Below the pieces are notes generated by a model. That model was not told the origin of the DNA. It was given only the letters and a program-made list of their open reading frames with translations, and made no database searches. DNA of 32,000 nucleotides, taken from assembly GCA_041395025.1 (NCBI GenBank), contig JAWLBH010000001.1, forward strand, positions 180,001 to 212,000, read 5' to 3'. Each line of letters begins with the position of its first letter. Position 1 is the first letter of the stretch. Position numbers and translations under genes: made by a program. This document shows positions 9,149 through 16,912 of this stretch, piece after piece. The DNA is from Chlamydiales bacterium (GTDB lineage Bacteria; Chlamydiota; Chlamydiia; Chlamydiales; JAAKFR01).

Positions 9149-9245
9149 TTTCATAAGCAAAAATCCCATTTTTTTCACTTGCAATTCCAAAGGGATAATT
9201 CAATAATCAAGCCAATATGACAATGTTGCTTATGAAAATGGATTT
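9149..9245 (+). promoter_or_regulatory. paired long-range complementary blocks linking the pdhB stop region to the pdhC translation-initiation region
   Basis: The left block is TTTCATAAGCAA (9149-9160) followed by AAATCCCATT (9161-9170). The right block is TTGCTTATGAAA (9226-9237, an exact reverse complement of the first) followed by AATGGATTT (9237-9245, the reverse complement of the second minus one base). The right block ends 6 nt before the pdhC ATG (9251). Confidence 0.25.
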
Positions 9246-9250
9246 ATGAC

Positions 9251-10516
9251 ATGCCTTTTACTGTGATTATGCCTAAACTTTCCCCTACGATGGAAGAAGG
9301 AATAATTGCCAAATGGCATAAAAAAGAAGGAGATTTTGTTAAAGCAGATGAACTTCTTTTAGAGATTACTACAGACAAAGCTACAATTGAATACCATGCT
9401 CTTGATGAGGGGTGGCTACGTAAAATTTTACTTCTTAACGGATCGATAGGATTGGTTAATCAACCTATTGCAATTTTTACAGAGATAAAAGATGAAAGTA
9501 TTGAGGGATTTTCACCTAACCCATCTCCTGATCTGAATGAAAAGAAAGAAGAAAAAAAAGAACAAACCATTCTATCTTCTCCAATCACCTCTCATGCAAT
9601 TCAACAACCTATCTTTATTCCAGAGCCTCCTCTTAAAAAAGTATTAAAACCTATCACAAAAAAAAATTCTGTTTCTCCATTAGCTCGTCGTCTAGCAGAA
9701 GAACATCACCTTGATCTTACCACAGTGAAGGGCTCAGGACCTTATGGGCGTATTACGAGTAAAGATTTAAAAATGGCACAGCCTATTGGCTTAGTTAATT
9801 TTAAAACTCAAGAACTCCCTTCCCTTCCAGCTGGCAGTTATGAGGAAAAAGCTCTCACTCCGATGCGAAAAATCATCGGAGAAAGACTGCAAAAATCTAA
9901 AAGCTTTATTCCCCATTTCTATGTCAAACAAATCATCAATGCTGAACCAATCGTGATCCTCCGTAAACAGCTTAAAAAGCTCAATCTGAATATGACTTTT
10001 AATGATATCATCATCAAGAGTTGTGCCTTAGCACTTTCCAAACACATGGAAATCAATACTGGCTTTAATACAGTGAATGCAACATTGATTCAATTTAAAA
10101 CAATTGATATTTCCGTAGCAGTGGCTGTTAAAGAAGGCTTAATCACTCCTATTATTCGTCATGCGAATTATAAAAATCTCCAAGAGATTTCAGTCGAAAT
10201 GCAAATGCTCGCAGAAAAAGCTCAGAAAAACCAGTTAAAAGAAGAAGAGTACAAAGGAGGATCTTTTACGTTATCTAATCTTGGGATGTGCGGGATTACG
10301 GAGTTCACAGCGATCCTTAATCCACCTCAAGGAGCAATTTTAGCTGTAGGAGCGATAGAAGATAGAGCTGTAGTAAAAGATGGATCTGTTGTAGCTGGGA
10401 AAACACTATCCCTCACTCTTTCTGTCGACCATCGAGTCATTGATGGTCAACCTGCTGCAGATTTTATGAAAACACTGCAATTCCTATTAGAAAATCCCAT
10501 TGCAATACTTATATAG
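9251..10516 (+). CDS. pdhC: dihydrolipoamide acetyltransferase (E2 component of pyruvate dehydrogenase)
   Basis: 421-aa ORF. It has an N-terminal lipoyl domain with the lipoyl-lysine context (EITTDKATIEY), a peripheral-subunit-binding domain (SPLARRLAEEHHLDLTTVKGSGPYGRITSKD) and a catalytic domain with the DHRVIDG motif. Confidence 0.93.
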   Translation: MPFTVIMPKLSPTMEEGIIAKWHKKEGDFVKADELLLEITTDKATIEYHALDEGWLRKILLLNGSIGLVNQPIAIFTEIKDESIEGFSPNPSPDLNEKKEEKKEQTILSSPITSHAIQQPIFIPEPPLKKVLKPITKKNSVSPLARRLAEEHHLDLTTVKGSGPYGRITSKDLKMAQPIGLVNFKTQELPSLPAGSYEEKALTPMRKIIGERLQKSKSFIPHFYVKQIINAEPIVILRKQLKKLNLNMTFNDIIIKSCALALSKHMEINTGFNTVNATLIQFKTIDISVAVAVKEGLITPIIRHANYKNLQEISVEMQMLAEKAQKNQLKEEEYKGGSFTLSNLGMCGITEFTAILNPPQGAILAVGAIEDRAVVKDGSVVAGKTLSLTLSVDHRVIDGQPAADFMKTLQFLLENPIAILI

Positions 10517-10523
10517 ATACGTG

Positions 10524-11564
10524 TCACTTCGATAGAGAATAGATATGTATCACTTTCGCGTCATAACCTGATTTCTCATTTACCATCTTACTCAAACTTT
10601 TTCCTTCTACAATTTTGTTGTTTTTTATTCTAATTGAACCTTGAGGCTGATAACACCCAGGAACAAAAAAGTTCCATTCTAGGTTTGCAAAAGTCCATAA
10701 ACGTTGAGGCCCTCCCACTGACCAATACCCCTCTGCTCTTGAAGCCCCTTGATTCCAATCTCTTTCAATTTTACTAAGTAATATTGCTCCTTGCCTAGGA
10801 TGAACTAATGAGTAGATTGCAGCGACCATATAAGCCAAACCATAAGAAGGAGATAAGATAATCTGTTTGAATGAGCGTAAAGGTTGTTCAACAAGATCTC
10901 GCATTTTATAACGAGAGGGTTTACCCAGTGTTGGTCGATTTAAACAAGCTTCAATAGCCAAGTGAGTCGCGACCCAAAATGGAATAATTGCCATCCGAAT
11001 CACATGATAGGCAATAGAACAGGCGATATAGATTGGAGCCGTAAGAATGACGATGGTATTGATCTGATAATATTGATCCCATGGCTTTGCTTGGTAAAAA
11101 TAGACTATTCCAGATTGATTCTTATTTAAAGTAGAGAGATCAACAAGCCTTGTCTTATTTTTTCTTTTATCTCCATCCTCTACTTTACTTTCTTTACCTC
11201 CTTCAATGGAGAAATAGAGTAGCTTTTCGGAGGTTAAATGCTTGAAAATTTTTTTATGCACCAAAGGATCTACCTTATTGCATGCTCGGTGAACGATCCA
11301 AGCTGCTCCACCAATGGATAAGGTAGATATTCCTAAACCGATCGCTAAACTTCCTGGTTTAATATGACCCCAAGAGATCGAAAAACCTGATTGATGCAAT
11401 GAGTTGACTATAAGTGCACAAACTCCAATAATCACAAGAGAAGCGGCGGCAGCTCCTATAATCCGTTTAGTTATTGAAAACTCAAATCCCTTAAAGTCTA
11501 TTATTGGTACTGATTCGACATATGAGGCATTTTCTTTAAAAAAATCGTTGATTGAATTTGTCAT
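10524..11564 (-). CDS. hypothetical polytopic membrane protein with an N-terminal bilobed hydrophobic motif (Inc-like)
   Basis: Two about 22-aa hydrophobic segments (IIGAAAASLVIIGVCALIVNSL and SLAIGLGISTLSIGGAAWIVH) are separated by a 14-aa loop. Further hydrophobic segments follow (INTIVILTAPIYIACSIAYHVI, MAIIPFWVATHLAIEACL, YGLAYMVAAIYSLV). I recognise no family motif. The first ATG is at 11564; the ORF-track start at 11603 is a TTG. Confidence 0.5.
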   Translation of the reverse strand: MTNSINDFFKENASYVESVPIIDFKGFEFSITKRIIGAAAASLVIIGVCALIVNSLHQSGFSISWGHIKPGSLAIGLGISTLSIGGAAWIVHRACNKVDPLVHKKIFKHLTSEKLLYFSIEGGKESKVEDGDKRKNKTRLVDLSTLNKNQSGIVYFYQAKPWDQYYQINTIVILTAPIYIACSIAYHVIRMAIIPFWVATHLAIEACLNRPTLGKPSRYKMRDLVEQPLRSFKQIILSPSYGLAYMVAAIYSLVHPRQGAILLSKIERDWNQGASRAEGYWSVGGPQRLWTFANLEWNFFVPGCYQPQGSIRIKNNKIVEGKSLSKMVNEKSGYDAKVIHIYSLSK

Positions 11565-11618
11565 AGTTAAAAAAATTTTAAACTCATCTATATTAAATAG
11601 CAATTAAAAAATAAATAT

Positions 11619-11646
11619 TTGACAATGCTTTCTTATTCAAGATAGT
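11619..11646 (+). promoter_or_regulatory. possible sigma70/sigma66-type promoter for glgP (TTGACA-N16-GATAGT)
   Basis: A perfect -35 hexamer TTGACA lies at 11619-11624. A 4/6 match to TATAAT (GATAGT) lies at 11641-11646, about 27 nt upstream of the TTG start at 11673. This is a pattern match only. Confidence 0.3.
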
Positions 11647-11672
11647 CTTTATTATAAAAAGGAACAAACCTC

Positions 11673-14135
11673 TTGACTAAACTCGCCACTGTTAAACTTG
11701 AGCATCTTAAAGGAGACACTGAATCGCTTAAAGATCTCATTGTAGATCATCTTCGATATACTCTTGCAAAAGATAAATATACTGCGACGAAAAGAGATCT
11801 ATTTCAAGCAGTCGCTTATACAGTTAGGGATCATATGGTAGGCCAGTGGATAAAAACACAACAACACTATTATGATACTGATGTCAAAAGAGTCTATTAT
11901 CTTTCAATGGAGTTTTTGATTGGAAGAACTCTGGAAAATAGTTTAATCAATTTAGGGATTCTTGAAAATTGTCGTCAAGCAATTGCTGATCTTGGTTTTC
12001 ATCTCGATCTGATTATCGAAATGGAGAGAGATGCCGGATTAGGCAATGGTGGACTTGGTCGATTAGCTGCCTGTTTTCTTGATTCGATGGCGACTCTCGG
12101 TATTCCAGGTTATGGTTATGGAATTCGATATGATTATGGGATCTTTAACCAACAAATCTCTGAAGGAGATCAACAAGAGATTCCTGATAATTGGCTGCGT
12201 TATGGAAATCCTTGGGAAATCTGTAGAAGTGAATACCTGTATCCCATCCAGTTTTACGGAAGAGTTATCAATGATAAAGATGGTAAAGGAAAACACCGAT
12301 TTCAATGGATCGATACTCAAGAAGTGATGGCAATGGCCTATGACATCCCTATTTGTGGCTATCTTAATAAGACAGTCAATACCTTGCGTCTTTGGCAAGC
12401 TAAATCATCACGTGGATTTAATCTAAGTTATTTTAATCATGGGGATTATATCCGAGCTATTGAAGATATGGCCATGACAGAAAATATCTCAAAAGTACTT
12501 TATCCTAATGACAATCTCTTTGAAGGGAAAGAATTAAGATTGAAACAAGAATATTTTCTTGTTTCAGCGACTATTCAAGATATTATCCGAAGGCACAATA
12601 AGGGACACCTCTACTTAGATAATCTTGATGAAAAAGTTGCGATTCAACTCAATGATACCCATCCTTCTCTTGTGATTCCAGAAATGATGCGGATTCTTAT
12701 CGATCGTGAAGAATTAGAATGGGATAAAGCATGGAGTCTTACAAAAAAAATTTTTGCTTATACTAACCACACTCTCTTACCAGAAGCAATTGAAAGATGG
12801 CCTATCTCTCTTTTTGAGAGAGTTCTGCCTCGTCACTTACAGATTATCTATGAGATAAATCATAGATGGCTGAAACAAGTAGAACTGCATTCCTCAAACA
12901 ACCTTGAGATGCAGCAGAAACTCTCTATTATTGAAGAGGGAAATCACAAACAAATTAATATGGCGCATCTTGCCATCATTGGCTCTCATAAAGTCAATGG
13001 TGTCTCTGCACTCCACTCTAATTTGCTAAAAAATCATGTATTTAAACAATTTTCGGAAATAGAACCAAATAAATTTACTAATAAAACGAATGGGATTACC
13101 CCTAGACGCTGGCTCAAAACATGTAATCCATCTCTAGCAGAACTTATTTCCTCTTGTATTGGTCATCAATGGATAGTTGAACTCTCAGAACTTGAAAAAC
13201 TCATTCTATATCAGAATGATCATGGTTTTCATCACGATTGGGATAAAATCAAACAGAACAATAAAAAAGCTTTCTCTAATTTTATTTTTACTCAAAAAAA
13301 TATCCTTGTAAACCCTGAATCGATGTTTGATTGTCAAATTAAACGCATTCATGAATATAAGAGACAATTGCTTAACGTTCTAAGACTCATTCATGACTAC
13401 TGTTTCATCAAAGATCATCCTAATGCTGATTGGATCCCTCGCACTATCTTTTTTAGTGGAAAAGCTGCACCGAGTTATTTTATAGCAAAATTGATCATTA
13501 AACTGATCACCTCAGTAAGTAGAGTGATCAATGATGATCAATCTATCTCCAATAAACTAAAAATTGTCTTTCTTGAAAACTATTGTGTGACACTAGCTGA
13601 AAAAATGATTCCTGCTGCCGATCTATCTGAACAAATTTCTATGGCAGGGACAGAAGCCTCTGGAACAGGTAATATGAAATTTGCACTTAATGGAGCACTC
13701 ACAATTGGGACTTTTGATGGAGCCAATATCGAGATCTTAGAAGAGGTGGGTTCTGAAAATATTTTTATTTTTGGAATGAAAGCTGAAGAGATTATGCAAT
13801 TAAAAGAAACAGGTTATAGGCCTATCGATACCTACCACCAAAATGCTGATTTAAAACGGGTAATTGATATGATTCGGGATGGATTTTTCAATTCAGAAAA
13901 CAAAAATCTCTTTGAACCTATTATTCACACTCTTCTTGAAGGTGGTGATCACTATTGTCTTCTAGCAGACTTTGCTTCCTATATTCATTGTCAAAATGAG
14001 GTCAGTAAAGTCTATGCAAACCAAAATGTATGGATAAAAAAATCCATTCATAATGTTGCAAAAATGGGGAAATTTTCGAGTGATCGTACAATTAAAGAAT
14101 ATGCTCAGGAGATTTGGGGATTAAGGCTAAATTAA
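11673..14135 (+). CDS. glgP: glycogen phosphorylase
   Basis: 820-aa ORF. Hallmarks are YYLSMEFLIGRTL, GLGNGGLGRLAACFLDS and the PLP-lysine region EASGTGNMKFALNGALTIGTFDGANIEI. The apparent start codon is TTG at 11673, and no in-frame ATG lies nearby upstream. Confidence 0.96.
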   Translation: MTKLATVKLEHLKGDTESLKDLIVDHLRYTLAKDKYTATKRDLFQAVAYTVRDHMVGQWIKTQQHYYDTDVKRVYYLSMEFLIGRTLENSLINLGILENCRQAIADLGFHLDLIIEMERDAGLGNGGLGRLAACFLDSMATLGIPGYGYGIRYDYGIFNQQISEGDQQEIPDNWLRYGNPWEICRSEYLYPIQFYGRVINDKDGKGKHRFQWIDTQEVMAMAYDIPICGYLNKTVNTLRLWQAKSSRGFNLSYFNHGDYIRAIEDMAMTENISKVLYPNDNLFEGKELRLKQEYFLVSATIQDIIRRHNKGHLYLDNLDEKVAIQLNDTHPSLVIPEMMRILIDREELEWDKAWSLTKKIFAYTNHTLLPEAIERWPISLFERVLPRHLQIIYEINHRWLKQVELHSSNNLEMQQKLSIIEEGNHKQINMAHLAIIGSHKVNGVSALHSNLLKNHVFKQFSEIEPNKFTNKTNGITPRRWLKTCNPSLAELISSCIGHQWIVELSELEKLILYQNDHGFHHDWDKIKQNNKKAFSNFIFTQKNILVNPESMFDCQIKRIHEYKRQLLNVLRLIHDYCFIKDHPNADWIPRTIFFSGKAAPSYFIAKLIIKLITSVSRVINDDQSISNKLKIVFLENYCVTLAEKMIPAADLSEQISMAGTEASGTGNMKFALNGALTIGTFDGANIEILEEVGSENIFIFGMKAEEIMQLKETGYRPIDTYHQNADLKRVIDMIRDGFFNSENKNLFEPIIHTLLEGGDHYCLLADFASYIHCQNEVSKVYANQNVWIKKSIHNVAKMGKFSSDRTIKEYAQEIWGLRLN

Positions 14136-14151
14136 AATGTGTCTTTAATTT
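14129..14151. terminator. A/T-only hairpin spanning both convergent stop codons (possible weak bidirectional terminator)
   Basis: AAATTAAA (14129-14136) and TTTAATTT (14144-14151) are perfect reverse complements with a 7-nt loop. The glgP stop (14133-14135) and the stop of the minus-strand ORF (14145-14147) lie in the two arms. The stem has no G:C pairs, so stability is doubtful. Confidence 0.2.
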
Positions 14152-15713
14152 CGAAATAACTTTTGACGTAGGTGTTCTTTTTGAATCTGGAGCGTTCGTA
14201 ACTCGCGCATAATCTCCTTATGATTTTCATCATTTATCATATCAATAAGGTCCCGCTCGTGAAGAGTAATGATTTCAATTTCATTACGTAGATATTGAGC
14301 TTCCATTCGCCATTTAAAAAATTTACGTAGAAAACAGAAAAGGGATTTCATAGGATCATACAACTTAGGAAAAAAATGGAGATAATCAAACCGTTGTGCA
14401 CGCTCTTTGTTTTCTTGTTCTATTTCCTTTTCAGTGAGATGAAAAGAGAGCCAATTTTCAGATAGAGGAAGAATATGCTGATGAGCTGGAAAAGCATGCC
14501 ATATATTAAACATGAATTTCACAATCGCAGGAATGAGTAATATGCAATCTATAAAGTAGACTGGATAATAGCGCCATCTTTTTTTCCCTAAAAATACCGT
14601 CACATTTCCAATCACCTTTTCTCCTACTCGCCAGAATGCAAAATCATCTAAATTGGCAGAAATGAGAATTTTTCTTTTACGTATTTCATCCATACTTCGA
14701 TAAAATTCATAATCTCTTCGATTCGGATTGGGAGGATTAAAAGCATGGGCTTGATGGATAAGATCATGTGAATAAAGCCCAATCTGTATAGCTAGTGAAC
14801 CACCCATGCTATGTCCAACTACAAATGGCAACTCGCCATTATATAAGTCACGCAAATGCTTGTGAATCCTTCTCCATGAATGTGCATATGCCGCTGTTGC
14901 AGAACCATGAGTCGCAAAATTTGCCATAATGGATCCAATCATAGAGGGTTGTGAAGGCCAAAGCTCTGTTCCTTGACATAAGTAGATTGGTATGGCTTTC
15001 TCTTTCATGGGCACCATACTTATTGTACGTACTCCTTCAGCAATTAGATGTTTATGACAACGATAAGCGACTAGTTGATCTGATTTTTTAAATGAAGGAA
15101 TTTTCAGGATCTTACCTTCGATTTCGCGATAAGCTGCTCCATGACTAAGGATGGCTAATGTGAGCCATTGACGTCTAAAATCATCTTGAATGTAAGCTAG
15201 CCTAGCCAAGTCCTGGTAGATATTTGAGAGCTGCTCCTTATCTTTTTTCAGACGATGAGTAATAAAGAGTTTGGGTAAGAGACCAGGAGGTGTAGCATTT
15301 TCATCAAAATAAAGCGCACTTTCTTCATTCCATTCAATACAAATTGGATGTAAATCAATCTTTTTAATATCAATTGAATCATTTATACGCTCCCAAATAC
15401 GAAAAAAAAGCTCTGTACAAAGAGGTTGACCAAGAGCATACATGCGTAAAAATCCATCTTGATCAATAATTCTTGGTAATGATGCAGATTTAGTGGGTGG
15501 GTTTTCTTGAATCCAAATGAAACGAATCAATCGATTTGCTTCTTCCCAGGATTCTGCCTTGCATGCTTCCACACAAGCCATGTAAACATGGGCTAAAGTT
15601 TCGCGATTTTTTGGTTTTTTAAGAGGTTTGGTATGTACTAAAGAAAAAGCATTCTCTTTCCAGAGAATCCACCCTTTTCTTATCTTTTTTTCATAAAAAT
15701 CATGCAGTTTCAT
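14145..15713 (-). CDS. hypothetical alpha/beta-hydrolase (lipase/esterase-like) protein
   Basis: 522-aa ORF. The nucleophile elbow is FVVGHSMGGSLA (G-H-S-M-G). Plausible acid and His contexts lie downstream (ANLDDFAF, FPAHQHILP). About 290 aa of the N-terminus carry no motif I recognise. There is one hydrophobic segment (YFIDCILLIPAIVKFMFNIW), a C-terminal coiled-coil-like tail and no signal peptide. Confidence 0.6.
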   Translation of the reverse strand: MKLHDFYEKKIRKGWILWKENAFSLVHTKPLKKPKNRETLAHVYMACVEACKAESWEEANRLIRFIWIQENPPTKSASLPRIIDQDGFLRMYALGQPLCTELFFRIWERINDSIDIKKIDLHPICIEWNEESALYFDENATPPGLLPKLFITHRLKKDKEQLSNIYQDLARLAYIQDDFRRQWLTLAILSHGAAYREIEGKILKIPSFKKSDQLVAYRCHKHLIAEGVRTISMVPMKEKAIPIYLCQGTELWPSQPSMIGSIMANFATHGSATAAYAHSWRRIHKHLRDLYNGELPFVVGHSMGGSLAIQIGLYSHDLIHQAHAFNPPNPNRRDYEFYRSMDEIRKRKILISANLDDFAFWRVGEKVIGNVTVFLGKKRWRYYPVYFIDCILLIPAIVKFMFNIWHAFPAHQHILPLSENWLSFHLTEKEIEQENKERAQRFDYLHFFPKLYDPMKSLFCFLRKFFKWRMEAQYLRNEIEIITLHERDLIDMINDENHKEIMRELRTLQIQKEHLRQKLFRN

Positions 15714-16108
15714 GAAAAACTAACAATTGCCATTAACGATCTAGTGCCTTTCTTTCATCTTTTATAAGAAGCATGATTTGAAAATAAATAATAAAAAAAT
15801 CTTTTTTAATTCTTACTCTGATTTTTTTAAATTTATGACTGACTCATTCTTAGATTGCCTATTATCAACAGTTTTAGGACAAAGGTTATTTAGAATTTTC
15901 AATCCAGGACTTCAGAAAAAATGATCATTTTCTTCTTCGTATCTTGTTGATTTAGAAGTTGTATCATTGAAGTCATGTTTTGCACCCTCCGTTTTTAACC
16001 TAATATTCTGACTCAAAATTTCTCTAGTCATCTTAGATTGATCCTTATCCATCCAAAGCTTGCGTAATAAAGAGATAAAAATAATTCCTAGAATTTCAAA
16101 AGATTTCA

Positions 16109-16684
16109 TTATAGATTTTCTGATGTAGCTTGTTGAGATTCTTCTTTTAAATGCGCAATGGATTTTTGCATTTCCATATCCGCCTGAACATTCATCAATC
16201 CCGAAAGGAATTTGTGCTTCTGCTTCGATAAATCGAGCACGCATTTCCTCAACTTTTGCTATATTCTCTCGCTCCATAGTAACTGCCATAGCTCTTCTTT
16301 CTTCCGCCTGTGCAACGCCTGTATCTGATTGAGCTCGATCTGCTTTTAAACAAGCTCCAATATTTTCACCAACAGTAATATAAACAATATCTATTGAGAG
16401 AATTTTGAAAGCTGTTTGAAAATCTCACACTTTATCAAGTACAAGTTGAGAGATGGTTTAAGGATTGCTAAGAACATCTAAATGAGTGCTAGCTTGTTCA
16501 ATTGAATTCACAATCCCTTCACCGACTCATCCAATGATTGTTTCTTCAGTAACACCTCATGCTCTTTTTTAATAGTATATAACCTGATTTATGAGATAAG
16601 AGCTCCATCGTATCTTCTTTTGGAATCAACTTTTGAGAATTAGTCAATCCATAGGATTCTAAGAAAAATCTTCCTTTATCTTGC
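16109..16684 (-). pseudogene. floA: flotillin-like protein FloA (YqfA/UPF0365, SPFH domain) pseudogene
   Basis: The minus-strand translation reads [114 protein letters not shown]. This tracks the FloA consensus as I remember it from B. subtilis: GAGEETIVARVGEGIV...[86 protein letters not shown]. In-frame stops lie at 16557-16559, 16527-16529, 16458-16460 and 16425-16427. A frameshift near the 3' end puts the tail [15 protein letters not shown] in another frame, ending at the TAA at 16109-16111. The N-terminal third of the protein is not recognisable. Confidence 0.8.
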
Positions 16685-16912
16685 TTACTTATTTTGCCAA
16701 ATTGCGAAAACAACTACCAGGCCTATCCAAATAAAGAGCCCACCTATCAATAAGCACAAAGAGAAGAACGAATGCTCATCAACTGCAAAAAGAATAATGC
16801 TAGTAAATAAAAAGACTCCTCCGGCAGTTCCAATCATACCTCCAAGAAGAAAACATTCTAAAAAAACCGTGATCAAACCAGTCAAGAGTAAAAGAAAAAA
16901 GATCCAACTCAA
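16685..16912 (-). CDS. small hydrophobic ORF (75 aa, about 3 predicted TM segments), uncertain
   Basis: An open frame lies between the nfeD remnant and the floA remnant. It starts at TTG, overlapping the nfeD stop as TTGA, and is almost entirely hydrophobic. It could be a real small membrane protein or a relic of the decayed operon. Confidence 0.3.
   Translation of the reverse strand: MSWIFFLLLLTGLITVFLECFLLGGMIGTAGGVFLFTSIILFAVDEHSFFSLCLLIGGLFIWIGLVVVFAIWQNK

Noticed and set aside
12063-12398. ORFs of 111 aa (minus strand) and 82 aa (plus strand, off-frame) inside glgP
   Set aside because: They are fully embedded in a strongly supported 820-aa gene, so they are alternative-frame artefacts.
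15912-16289. 125-aa minus-strand ORF offered by the ORF track
   Set aside because: Its first ~30 residues are the conserved FloA segment ([23 protein letters not shown]). After a frameshift it reads out of frame into non-homologous sequence. It is part of the floA pseudogene, not an independent gene.
16425-16559. Possibility that the in-frame TGA/TAA codons in the floA remnant are recoded (selenocysteine or an alternative genetic code)
   Set aside because: Both TGA and TAA interrupt the frame. Frameshifts and a missing N-terminus are also present. Every intact gene in the window terminates normally at TAA, TGA or TAG with standard-length products. Pseudogenisation is the simpler reading.
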